From positions 124,001 through 188,000 of the forward strand of contig NIVC01000353.1 of the NCBI GenBank assembly GCA_002269645.1: a stretch of DNA of 64,000 nt, in the 5' to 3' direction. The DNA is from Macrostomum lignano. Taxonomy: Eukaryota. The position numbers were made by a program, and so were the translations under genes. This document shows positions 20,310 to 32,506 of the stretch, in pieces. Under the pieces are notes generated by a model. That model was not told the DNA's origin. It saw only the letters and a program-made list of their open reading frames with translations, and searched no databases. Within the stretch, counting starts at the first letter, position 1, and each line of letters begins with the position of its first letter.

Positions 20310-20496
20310 CAGTGGCGTAGGGAGGGGGGGATCAGGGGGATGTATCCCCCCCCGAAGAGCCTGACCAAAACTTTTTTGTTGCACTTTTTCGCTATACATG
20401 CTACCATGTGAGCACTTTTACCTTGGTGTATCCCCCCCGTAGGAAATTCACCTTGGTGTATCCCCCCCCCGTAGGAAATTCCTGGCTACGCCCCTG
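20310..20496. mobile_element. hAT-like MITE, 187 bp, exact 8-bp TSD ATCAATTT
   Basis: Ends CAGTGGCGTAG and CTACGCCCCTG; ATCAATTT at 20302-20309 and 20497-20504. Confidence 0.88.
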
Positions 20497-20833
20497 ATCA
20501 ATTTTTGTCATTTTTGACACTTAGCCTTGTCTCTAATTTTAAATTTTTTTTGCAGATGCACATATTTAGAAACTATGTCGTTGGAAAATAACTACCACTA
20601 CTACTAGCTTTTAAATGTTTGCTGGCTTGCCTCTGGCTGGCTGCCTTGCTACAGTGTCTATTTGTCAATGTTTTATGATTTTATTGTTTTATAATTTGTG
20701 ATATATTTACAATATTTCTTGGGCTATAGTGTTAGATATTAGTCTTAGGGCTATATTTTTATAATTTAGTGATAGTAACTAATAGTTTTTATTACAAATG
20801 AATAAGTTATGTAATCATATTGTTGGATAAAAC

Positions 20834-21175
20834 CCATAGTCAGGAAGGTGTCCAGTGTACGCAGGAACTAATTCTGGGCAAAATTAGGCCTGTACGCCAA
20901 TGTACGCCAATATTTTTAGCTTCATTTCGAAAATTACGCTCTACGCTGAAGTCCTTTTTCCATATCATTTTCGTGCAAGTGCAAGCTTGCTTACGTACGC
21001 GGACAGTGGTTATGATGCCGCCAGTAAAATTGGTACGCCGATTTTGTCGTTCTGTTGTGTGTGTATGTAGATACGCAGATATGCCAGTTTTCTGAAGATC
21101 TGTACGCCGAAACAGATTCTAATGGCCAAGTGTACGCGGGAATATTCCTGCGTACGGACACCTTCCTGACTATGG
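20834..21175. mobile_element. MITE, 342 bp, ~30-bp TIRs, exact 8-bp TSD GATAAAAC
   Basis: CCATAGTCAGGAAGGTGTCC..GTACGCAGGAA / TTCCTGCGTACGGACACCTTCCTGACTATGG; GATAAAAC at 20826-20833 and 21176-21183; internal TGTACGCC repeats. Confidence 0.88.
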
Positions 21176-22084
21176 GATAAAACAGAAAGTTTTTGCAGTT
21201 TGTGAAGATAAAACTACAGAATTTCTAGAAGTCATGTGTGCTGTGCAGAGGTATAAAAAGACCATTGACTCATGTAGAGCAAACTGAGTTCAAGTTTCAG
21301 TTACAGGGCTATAGTACTATTATATATATTTTCAAGTAATTTATTTTATAAAAGTCATCAAAAATGGCAAGAACTCTATTTTACCCAATATTTATATATA
21401 AACTGATATTGGCCACATGTCCACACTTAAAAGTATGTTATGTACAACAATACACATATGCTAGAAAATTTTTGACCTTTGCAAAATATTAGGTTTGACA
21501 AAAATAATTTAGTATAAATTAATTAGTATAATATCTCAAATCCGCTCATGTAAATATTTAAAGTAAAATGAAATAGGAAATTTAGAGGAACTTTTATAAT
21601 TCTTTTTGTTTTATTAAGTTTAAGCTATAGTTTTTATATAAAGTATCTTACTAAAACTTGATACATTACAATATAATTAGCTTTTTAAATCATTGCCTAA
21701 TTATATTCATTTACGGTAGATATACTTTCTCTTTCTATGTGTATTTCTATTTTAGAAGTTCTTAGAATTTAAAACTAATATTGTAATATATAGTTAAAAG
21801 TTTGTTATGATAGTAGGATTAAAGGCATTGTTCTTTGATTGTGCTATTTAAAAAAATACGTTTAGATACTAGCAAAGTTATACTAATCTAGCTAGTTAAC
21901 ATTTTAATGTTTTTAAAGTTGCTTCTAACTTCTTTGGTTAATTTTAGTTGCTCCCTCAAATGCCAGTTTTTTGCCTAAGCTTTACACAAACCAATGGCTC
22001 ATTCAATTCCTGATTAACCCAGCCCGAAATCTAACAACTAAAATTACCTTAGAGATTTAATACTCTAAAAGCAACAAACTTCAA

Positions 22085-23229
22085 ATGGCAAGCTCCATGG
22101 TTGAGCCAGAAATTGGTGCCCACTCAGATGAGGTCCGTCGCGCCAAGAAGAAGTCCTCTCGCAGGCATCATCGCGCCGACGAAGGCGAAGAGGAGGCCAG
22201 CGAGCGTCGTCGTTCCTCGTCTCGACGCAAGAAATCCGCAGATGGAGGAGTTGACTCGCCTTCAGTGGACGCATCCGAGAATGGCGAGAGAAAGAAGAAG
22301 TCCAAAAAATCGAAGCATCACACTAATAGAGAGGACGAAACGCCGGAGGAACGCGAGGAGCGTCGAAGACGTCGACGCGAGAAGAAGGCGGCCAAAGAGG
22401 CCGCAGCAGCAGCCGCAGCTGCAGCTGTTCCAGCTATCGACGATATTCCAGACGATCGACTGCCGCAGCGGGTGATCGAGAATCCGCCAGTTCCGCTGTC
22501 CGACTCCGAGCACGAGGACGTCGTTGAAATTGTTGAACGTCACGTTGTCAGGCAGCCGCAGCCTCCGCCGCCGCCGCCGCCAAAGCCGGCGACTAAGCCG
22601 AAGCCACCGCCTCCCGCTGTGAAGCCGAAGCCGCCGAAGCCCGTCAGCCAGCCGCAGCCGCCACCTCCGCCACAGAGGCCGCAGCCTCCAGTGCGTCACG
22701 ATTTCTCCGACAACGAGGACGAGCAATCTTCTGGCGACGATTATCGCGGTAGACAGCAGCAGCAGCAGCAGCCGTTGAAACGCTGGGACGTAGCCGAGGA
22801 CATGCGCCATCCAGCTGAGCAGCGTCCAGCTGAACCGGACAACTATGACGACGAAGATGATGAAGACGTACCAGACGAGGCTGTTCCGCAAAACAACAGT
22901 TTAAATCGTTGGAATCATCAGCCTCTTTATCAGCAGCAGCAGCAGCAACCGCGCGAGGAGCCGCAACAACAACCTTATGGTACGCATGCACATTCGTCAC
23001 GAAATTATGTGTATTTTTTAGTTTAACAAAAGTTGCTTGGGTAGCAGAGCAACTCAGACGTCTGAGGGCTTGTGCAATTCGCGCCCATAAGAGCCAACCC
23101 ACAAGGCACAGAGCTAGACGTTCTTGACCGTTCATTTCCACTCCCATTATTACTAAAAATCGTTTGTGTCTATCCCTTTATCCCTTTCTATATCCTATAG
23201 GTCGTAGAGGCGTGCCACCACCACAGCCG

Positions 23230-23264
<35 letters not shown>

Positions 23265-26200
23265 GCCAGTTCAACCAGATCCCGCCGATCCAATGTCTTT
23301 GCATCGTTATATCGCCGACACTCTGGAAGATAGCGAAGATGAAGATAGACAGCTTCAGAAGCAGCAGCAGCAGCAGCAGCATAATGCTGATGAGCCTGGA
23401 GTTGCTAATAACGACTATCCATACTACCAAGTAAGTTTAGCATCGGTTTTGCTGCTCCAGTGATCTACTGTAAGGTTTATGTCTACTGCAGTGGCACTGT
23501 ATGAGTCACTGAAGGTACTGGATATCAATGATTTCATTCAATACCTTACACAGGATCGTTACAACCAGCAGCAGCAACAGTATCCAGACGACCAGCAGCA
23601 GTACCCAGGAAACTATCAGCAGTACCCAGATGATAATCAGCAGTACCCGGAGCATCAACAATACCCAGACGACCAGCAGCAATACCCAGCCGATCCGGAG
23701 CAGCGCTTCTCTGAATTAGTGGAAGCCGAAGCCGAGCAGCCGCCAATTCCGGAGGGTCGCAAAGGCGGCGGCGGCCTACTTGGTCGCCTATTCTCGTCGT
23801 TTCGCAATTCAAAGCGTAAGACTTCGCAGAGGCAGCAACAGCGGCCGCAACAGCCGCAGGGAGTTCCTAGCGACTCCGCTGAGCAACAGCCGGGCCTAGC
23901 TGAGCAGGGCAAGTGGCGCTCAAATCCGAGCATGTTCAATGCTAACGAGAATGCCACGCCTGGTAATACGCTGGATCCTAGATTGCCGCCAGGATCTATG
24001 CAACAGCAGCAGCAGCTTCAGCCGCCGCAACCGCAACAGCAGCGTCTGATGCAGGCTGGTGTTAGAACAGTGCCGGACACTGAGGTTCGCGTCATTCTAC
24101 TGGATGGTGAAGAGATTGGCGTACCGCTGCCTAGAAAAGCCACGGGAGCGGAGCTAATGGCGCGAGTTTGCGAACACATCGACGTTCAAGAGACTGATTA
24201 TTTTGGCTTGACTTATGTTGACGCCAAGGAACGCATGTGGTTTTGGTTGGATAACGAGAAGAAAGTTCTTAAACAGCTTAAACATTGCGATAACAGGCTG
24301 TTGAATTTCCAGGTTTGTGTTGAATTTTCTGCATGAAAAAAAGTGAAAATATTCTTGACTCGCCTACTTATCGCAGTAGTCTAATATGCGCGTATGCATC
24401 CATTTCTTCAAAACTTCAACTCCTTTTGAGGTTCTCTACGTTCGGCAAACGTTGTAAACAACGATTTAAAATCGTGCTTTTGTCGACTGCTGAGGCTCTC
24501 GAGGAGTTTTGTTCTTAGTTTCACACAGGATAAACCATGAATTGTCTTCTTTACGTATGACCCACTATTATAGAGTTTTATCTTTATAATTTAAGGCTTC
24601 AGATCGCAATTAAGTTTCTTCTAACGTTGAGACTATCCGCATTCGACCTCTAAATCACCGAGATGCACGATAAAAACACTCCTGGCAGGCGTAGATGGAT
24701 TCTATTTGGGAGCAAAAATCTTGAAAAATACAAGCTGGTGTACATTTGAGGATTAGGGTATATTTTTGTTATTATTAGTGCTATTGGATTATGAAATTTA
24801 TCATAATTTTTTTACCATTATTAGTAATAAAATTATACTCCTAATCACAGAGTTAAATATTTTACTGTATTATAATAGAATGTTAGTTGAGACATTTTCT
24901 TGCTGACTTGGACTTTGATTCAGGTCGAGAGCCCCAAAGGGGCTTGCTTATCCAGTTTGGATTTTTTTGCTCTAAGCTGACGTATTCGCTTGCATTGTCC
25001 GACTGCTCCCTGGGCTGCCCTTCGCTTACTAAACTTGTTTTCAAATATGGATTAATATGCTGATGTTTATCATAAATAATCAAAATCTATGTCAAAACAA
25101 TTCATTACTCTGACAGGTCAAGTTCTATCCGCCTGAGCCGAACATGCTATTCGCTGATGTGACTCGCTACCAGCTGTGCCTGCAGGTTAGGCAGGACATT
25201 TACACCGGCAAGCTGCCTTGCACCTGGGTTACCCAAGCTCTGTTAGGCTCATTTCAAGTACAGTCTGAACTAGGCGACTACGATCTAGCTGAACACGGCG
25301 AACTTGACAATATCGATTATTTGCAAAATTTCGAATTCGTGCACAATCAAACGTCCGAGTTGGTTCGCAAGATAGCGGAGCTGCACCGCGGTCACAAGGG
25401 CGTCACGCCTGAGGTTGCCGACCTGCGCTATTTGGAAACTGCTCGCCGATTAGAATTCTACGGCGTTGACTTGCATCCGGCTCGCGATCTGGATGACGTT
25501 GACATTACTATTGGCGTCTGCTTTGGCGGCGTCCTGGTGTACAAAGATCGCATGAGAATATCCCGATTCGCTTGGCCGAAAATATTGCGCATCTCCTATA
25601 GGAAGAATCTGTTCTATTTGAAGATTCGCTCCGATCTGTACGACAACGTTGAAGCTGTGGTCGGATTCAAGATGATGAATCACAAGTGAGACTGGTCAAT
25701 AATTGTGTCATAAATTATTAGTTATAAGAATTCAGAATCCCAAGAGCTGTTTGGTATCCCAAGAACTGAGAATTCCTTTAGTTGACTCATTGTTGCTTCT
25801 AGTCTAGACCATGGCGTCCCGCAGAGCCTCTCTATCCGGCCCTCGGTTCTTTTGGAACTTCAAAATAGCAATCTGGCCCGCTCAATGTTTATATCTCTTC
25901 TCAGCCCTCTTCTCTCTAATCTCCTCTCTACTCTCTTCCTATCTCCTCTTCTCTCCTCTCTCCTCTCCTCTCTCTTCTCTCTCCTCTCTTTTCTTTCCTC
26001 TCCTCTCTTCCCTTCTTTCCTCTCTTCGCTTCTCTATCATCTCTCTCCTCTCTTCTCTCCTCTCTTCTCTCCTCTCTTCTCTCCTCTCTTCTCTTCTTTC
26101 CTCTCTTCTCTCCTCTCTTCTCTTCTCTCCTCTCTTCTCTCCTCTCTTCTCTCCTCTCTTCTCTTCTCTCCTCTCTTCTCTCCTCTCTTCTCTCCTCTCT

Positions 26201-28790
26201 TCTCTTCTCTCTCTCCTCTCTTCTCTTCTCTCTTCTCTTCTCTCCTCTCTTCTCTCCTCTCTTCTCTTCTCTCCCCTCTTCTCTCCTCTCTTCTCTTCTC
26301 TCTTCTCTCCCCTCTTCTCTCCTCTCTTCTCTTCTCTCTTCTCTTCTCTCTTCTCTCCTCTCTTCTCTTCTCTCTTCTCTTCTCTCCTCTCTTCTCTCCT
26401 CTCTTCTCTTCTCTCCTCTCTTCTCTCCTCTCTTCTCTCCTCTCTTCTCTCCTCTCTTCTCTCCTCTCTTCTCTCCTCTCTTCTCTCCTCTCTTCTCTCC
26501 TCTCTTCTCTTCTCTCTTCTCTTCTCTCCTCTCTTCTCTTCTCTCTTCTCTTCTCTCCTCTCTTCTCTCTTCTCTTCTCTCCTCTCTTCTCTCCTCTCTT
26601 CTCTTCTCTCCTCTGTTCTCTCCTCTCTTCTCTCCTCTCCTCTCTTCTCTCCTCTCTTCTCTCCTCTCTTCTCTCCTCTCTTCTCTTCTCTCTTCTCTTC
26701 TCTTCTCTCTTCTCTTCTCTCCTCTCTTCTCTCTTCTCTTCTCTTCTCTCTTCTCTTCTCTCCTCTCTTCTCTTCTCTTCTCTCTTCTCTCCTCTCTTCT
26801 CTTCTCTCCTCTCTTCTCTCCTCTCTTCTCTCCTCTCTTCTCTTCTCTCCTCTCTTCTCTCCTCTCTTCTCTTCTCTCTTCTCTTCTCTCCTCTCTTCTC
26901 TTCTCTCTTCTCTTCTCTCCTCTCTTCTCTCCTCTCTTCTCTTCTCTCCTCTCTTCTCTCCTCTCTTCTCTTCTCTCCTCTCTTCTCTCCTCTCTTCTCT
27001 CCTCTCTTCTCTTCTCTCTTCTCTTCTCTCCTCTCTTCTCTTCTCTCTTCTCTTCTCTCCTCTCTTCTCTCCTCTCTTCTCTTCTCTCTTCTCTTCTCTC
27101 CTCTCTTCTCTTCTCTCCTCTCTTCTCTCCTCTCTTCTCTCCTCTCTTCTCTCCTCTCTTCTCTTCTCTCCTCTCTTCTCTCCTCTCTTCTCTCCTCTCC
27201 TCCTCTCCTCTTCTCTTCTCTCTCGTCTCCTCCTCTCCTCCTCATCTCCTCATCTCACTCTCCTCTTTTCTCTCTCCTTTATCTCCTCTCTCTCTTCTCT
27301 CCACTCCTCTCTTCTCCTTTATTCTCTCGCCTCTTTTTTCTCTTATCTCCCTTCTCTCTTCTTCATTCCCTCTCCTCTCTTCCCTCATACGACCTGCAGT
27401 CATTATCTACGTTCTCTATCCGTCCCTTGAGGTAAAAAAGTTTTCCGACTCCTGCTCTAGACACAATATCGTGCGACAAACCGTGAATCGAACCTGTACA
27501 TATCTAAGCTACTTTGGCTCTTAATCTCATGCATTTAAAATATTAAGATTTCCCCTCATTCATTAATTGATAATCCAAGGTGGGCCAAACGTTTGTGGAA
27601 GATCGCCATCGAGAATCACGCATTCTTCCGTCTGAAAGAGGCCCAACTAGAGAAATCGGGCAGTCGCAGTTCGCTAAATTTCATTCGCGGCAATAGTAGC
27701 CACCGATTCTCTGGCCGTACGATGCATCAGTACCGAACTGAGGGCGGCACCCTGCGCCATTCTGGCACATTCGATCGTTCCTTGACTAAACGCATGTCGG
27801 CCAGCCTTCCCAGTCTGAAAGGCTCCCAGTACGGCTCGTTTCATAGTTTAAATCGGCTGCATCCGCGAGATATGCGACCGCAGGCTAATAGCGGCCGGGG
27901 TCGCGGCGGAGTTATCGGCGGTAGTAGTCGGGCTCTCGCTTCAAGCGGCGGCGGTGGCGGCAGCGGTGGCCAGCCAATGATGATGATGGCGCGCACTGGT
28001 AGCGTTAGTATTCTGCCTACTAGCGCGTTTAATAGGCCGTCGGTGAGTCTATATATTGATCTGTGAACTTCGATGTTCTTAGGTTGTGCTACACAAGCCC
28101 TGTAGCAGTGATTTGGTGACAGGCACTGGTAGCGGACCTAGTGGAGTGACAGACGCTAGGATCAGTCTTAGTGGAGTGACAGACGCTAGGAGCAGTCTTA
28201 GTGGAGTGACAGACGCTAGGAGCAGTCTTAGTGGAGTGACAGACGCTAGGAGCAGTCTTAGTGAAGTGACAGTCGCTAGGAGCAGTCTTAGTGGAGTGAC
28301 AGACGCTAGGAGCAGTCTTAGTGGAGTGACAGACGCTAGGAGCAGTCTTAGTGGAGTGACAGACGCTAGGAGCAGTCTTAGTGAAGTGACAGACGCTAGG
28401 AGCGGTCTTAGTGGAGTGACAGTCGCTAGGAGCGGTCTTAGTGGAGCGACAGACGCTAGGAGCGGTCTTAGTGAAGTGACAGACGCTAGGAGCAGTCTTA
28501 GTGGAGTGACAGACGCTAGGAGCAGTCTTAGTGGAGTGACAGACGCTAGGAGCAGTCTTAGTGGAGTGACAGTCGCTAGGAGCGGGAGTGACAGTCGCTA
28601 GGAGCGGGAGTGACAGTCGCTAGGAGCGGGAGTGACAGTCGCTAGGAGCGGGAGTGACAGTCGCTAGGAGCAGTCTTAGTGGAGCGACAGTGATAAATTA
28701 ATAATCAATATCTATAATAGTTATTTTAAATCTAAAATATCTTACTTGCAGAGCCGCGCAACGTCAAACGCAAGCGATGATCTGCTGTAG
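22085..28790 (+). CDS. Band 4.1/EPB41 (coracle-like) FERM plus FERM-adjacent domain protein, ~985 aa
   Basis: Exons (+): 22085-22979, 23201-23430, 23554-24312, 25117-25685, 27580-28042, 28752-28790, all phase-compatible with AG/GT ends. FERM motifs: VRVILLDG, VCEHIDVQETDYFGLTY, VKFYPPEP...TRYQLCLQVRQDI..GKLPC, QSELGDYD, YGVDLHPARD, FAWPKILRISY, KRLWKIAIENHAFFRL; FA motif HRFSGRT. Confidence 0.9.
25895..27400. repeat. ~1.5 kb polypyrimidine/polypurine (CT-rich) tract in FERM intron 4
   Basis: The core (~26040-27220) is almost exclusively C/T, built from CTCT(T/C)-type 5-12 bp units. Confidence 0.96.
28135..28690. repeat. 30-bp minisatellite (AGTGGAGTGACAGACGCTAGGAGCAGTCTT) decaying to 21-bp units
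   Basis: Read directly; gives the open frame SGVTDARSSL repeated. Confidence 0.93.
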
Positions 28791-30207
28791 AGTTTCATGT
28801 CTGTTTTGGCGTATTTCACACTGCTTTGATGACATTCGGTAAAACAATTTAACTTAGTGTTCATACGAGCTAGCTCAACTTATGCCACATTTATATGCTG
28901 TTTCTAATGTTATCATTTAGCTCATAGTGAGAGCGTTTCTATATAGAATTCTTTTGTTGCAAATTTTCGCAATTTTTTCTAGCTAAAATTGACTTGATTA
29001 TTTCGAATCACACGGGCTGTGCAACGCAACATCAATTGGCATTCCATTTTGACAAGTTTTTAATTTCGATGCAAAGATTTTCGAAGAATAAAGTGCGATT
29101 TGTACTATGTCGGTGTTGTTGTTTTTTGTCTTCTTCCTGGGGAAGACATTTCCTGAAAATTTGTAGTCCCTGCAACTTACATTCCATTTTGTGTCATATT
29201 TGCATTATTTTATTCATTTTTTCTGACTTTTTGGCAATAACATTGTTTATAAAAATTATTTAATTATAGTAGGGATCATGTGATTTCACGCAATTACGAT
29301 TAATTTTTTTTAAATCCTTGTACAGTATTTTGACTTGTTGCAATATGTTCTATATAATTGCGGGTCCAGTAGCCACCGTTCAGTGTTAATGGGACCAACA
29401 AGAATTGTAGGATGAAGTACTCTGTTTCTTGAAAAGTGTTTTAAAGACAAGTACTTTACTTTTTTGTTGCAGTCAAATGTGTGCAAGTGTACCACCACCG
29501 AAAATTTAAGTTCTGATTTTGTTTTTCTATTTTAACATTCTTTAGTTTAACTGCGTTATGCTTGTATTTAATAATTTCAATATTTATTTTCACCATTTAT
29601 AATTGCAAAATTAGTTGGTCAAAAGTTCAGTTTTTTACTTGTTTTTAATCATAATCAATTTTTTTGTTAATTCGCAAATTGTATTTAGCCGAGTCTGTAT
29701 TCCTATACTATCTAGCCGTTTATTGAGTCCGTTAATTATATATTGCTTACTGCAAGTAGTAAGCATTCCATTAAAATACTATCTTGATTATTAATGTAAC
29801 TTATGCATGCAAAAGTCCAAAGTTTTGGCAGTTTTGCAATGCCACTGTGAACACAATACTCGGCTGATAATTTTGTTTTGAAATTTCAAATTAATACATC
29901 AATCTATTATGAATCATCTATGCTTGTTGATCACCGAAAATTTTGAAGCGATTAAAAATATGCATGTGCATATTTGAATTTTAGAAATTTGCATTGCTTA
30001 TGCAACTTATTAATGTTGTCTAATTTCAATATAAGATACTTACATTTGACCGCTTAATTTTTACGGTTCACGCTAAAATATTAAAATAAAAACGCACAAA
30101 ATTCAGACCTCTTTGAAACTGGAATAAAAATATATAATCTGAAATACAATATGTATTGTACTGTCTTTTGTTTGTATCTTTGTTCATTTTACTCTCTTAG
30201 TGATTTA

Positions 30208-30987
30208 TAGGAGCGTCACCATGGATTTTATGGTGGGGGGGGGGTACAAATGCAATATGTACATATTTTCATAATCGGTGTTGTCAGCCCCCATTTTAGC
30301 GCCGCAGGCACTCAGTTTGGCGCTGCAGGCACTCATTTTAGCGCCGCAGGCACTCATTTTGGCCCCGCAAGAACTCATTTTGGCGCTGCGGGCACTCAGT
30401 TTGTCGCCGCAAGAATTCATTTTGGCGCCGCAGGCACTCATTCTGGCGCTGCGAGCACTCAGTTTGGCGCCGCAGGCACTCATTTTGGCGCCGCAGGCAT
30501 TCATTTTGGCCCCGCAAGAACTCATTTTGGCGCTGCGGGCACTCAGTTTGGCGCCGCAAGAATTCATTTTGGCACCGCAGGCACTCATTTTGGCGCCGCA
30601 GGCACTCATTCTGGCGCTGCGGGCACTCAGTTTGGCGCCGCAGGCACTCATTTTGGCGCCGCAGGCACTCATTCTGGCGCTGCGGGCACTCAGTTTGGCG
30701 CCGCAGGCACTCATTTTGGCGCCGCAGGCACTTTTCTGGCGCCGCAGGCACCAGTTTGGCGCCGCAAGAACTCATTTTGGCGCCGCCGGCACTCATTTTG
30801 GCGCCGCGGCGCCATATTTTGTTGCCCTGGAGCAAAATGATTGATTCGATAACGGGTCACGATCGGGTTGGGTGGGGGAGGGGGGAGGGACAAGCATTGG
30901 CATGCCCCCCATACACTGTATAGCTTTTATTACACTGTAACCATACACTTCCCCCCTGTCGTGTCCTCCCCGGTGGCGACGCCCCTG
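30208..30987. mobile_element. hAT-like MITE with an internal 21-bp minisatellite (GGCGCCGCAGGCACTCATTTT)
   Basis: Left end TAGGAGCGTCACCATGG; right end GGTGGCGACGCCCCTG (reverse complement CAGGGGCGTCGCCACC). Flanks GTGATTTA / TTGATATG match 5/8. Shares its 5' end with 13369. Confidence 0.7.
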
Positions 30988-31180
30988 TTGATATGCCCCC
31001 CCCCAGCTGCGGCTGTGTGTACATGTAATCTTGAGACGGTCTCACGACACGATGGAGCGTAAAAAGCTATAAGCAGTTATGGGTTTTAACAGGTACAATG
31101 GATGTACATGTATCTGCAAAGAGATTGGAGCTGGCCTTTTGAATGAGCTTCGGCTAGTGAGCCATGTATCAATTAAACAT

Positions 31181-31392
31181 ACACCAGGGGCGCCAGCACC
31201 AGGAGCGCCAGCACCAGGGGCGCCAGCACCAGGGGCGCCAGCACCAGGGGCGCAAGCACCAGGGGCGCAAGCACCAGGGGCGCCAGCACCAGGGGCGCAA
31301 GCACCAGGGGCGCCAGCACCAGGGGCGCCAGCACCAGGGGCGCCAGCACCAGGGGCGCCAGCACCAGGGACGCCAGCAGGGGCGCAAGCACT
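31181..31392. repeat. 15-bp minisatellite (CACCAGGGGCGCCAG)
   Basis: Read directly, ~13 copies. Confidence 0.92.
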
Positions 31393-32336
31393 AGCTCGTC
31401 AGCACATTTTATGGTGGGCGTCAGCACAAGGGGCATTTGGGATCCATCGAAGATTAGAATTGTAAGAGGGATTTGGGATCATTGGGGGGGGGGGGTCCTT
31501 GAAATTCTGAGTCACATTTGTTAGACAAAGGGACTAAACAAACAAATACAAAAATCGGAGAGAACTACCTGGGAATATGCGTAATGAATCTACCTCATGC
31601 AAATTTTACATGGTCAAGTTTTGGGTCATCGAAGCATGCACCGCGTAGGGTCAGCGGCCCCTCCATCAAAAGACCAACGAGATCGGGTCTCACGATGTAA
31701 TTGTCGAATGACAAAGTATTTACTGTATGATATTAAAATTTACATTAGTACGTATGAAGAATTGCATGTACCGTAGCATTATCAACTTCAAAAGCCAAAC
31801 AAGCCACACAAAGCTGTGAAACTTTGCAGACCTTAACCTTGCTTAGCACTTTTCGAGCCTGGTAAAATATTTTGAAATGAGCTTGAAACGTTAAGTAAAA
31901 ATATGCACAGACCGTTTCAGATTTTCTATTATATGTTTTTATCTCTGTAAGAAATGTACACGATATCCAATAGGATTATTCCAACAGGTTCAGGAAAGTG
32001 GGGTGGTCCAAAAAATAACACCCGACCTGGGCTCTAAACATCGCGCAAGGCACATCAGAGACTTAGAAGAGTAGCCACCCCCTCCTAAAATGCGCAGACA
32101 GTTTTCACCCAACACCCTCAAAATCAGCTACGAAGCTGCTCTAGAGTATGTAGTAATACCCGTCCCATAATTGTTTGATAGCTCGTAGGGAAAGTGTGCA
32201 CAAAAGCTCTCAGGCGGAGGCGGTTGGTCCCCCCCGCCTGTCAGTGACGTTAACTTCAGTTTTTAGTATAAAAAGAGAGCCTTCATACTAGAGCGACAGT
32301 ATTGAAAACTATTGCTATATCGGAGGAACAACCCTT

Positions 32337-32506
32337 GGTCACGTGATCTCGAGGAAGACAAATCGAAGATATAAATTTGCTTCTTAAATGCTTAATTATT
32401 CAAAGAGGCAGTAGAGCACATCGAAGAAGACAGTATTAACCGTTTTTATTTTTAATATTAATCCTTAATTACTCTGGAACATCCAAAAGTCGACAAAATG
32501 GCGGCC
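32337..32506 (+). promoter_or_regulatory. Candidate MTA proximal elements: E-box GGTCACGTGATC (32337-32348) and YY1-type CAAAATGGCGGCC over the start codon
   Basis: Motif matches only; no functional data. Confidence 0.3.

Noticed and set aside
25811-27435. 539-, 527- and 402-aa ORFs
   Set aside because: They are products of the CT/GA tract inside a FERM intron.
30205-31465. ORFs of 128-196 aa (collagen-like or Ala/Gly repeats)
   Set aside because: They are translations of the 21-bp and 15-bp MITE-associated minisatellites, with no splice or domain support.
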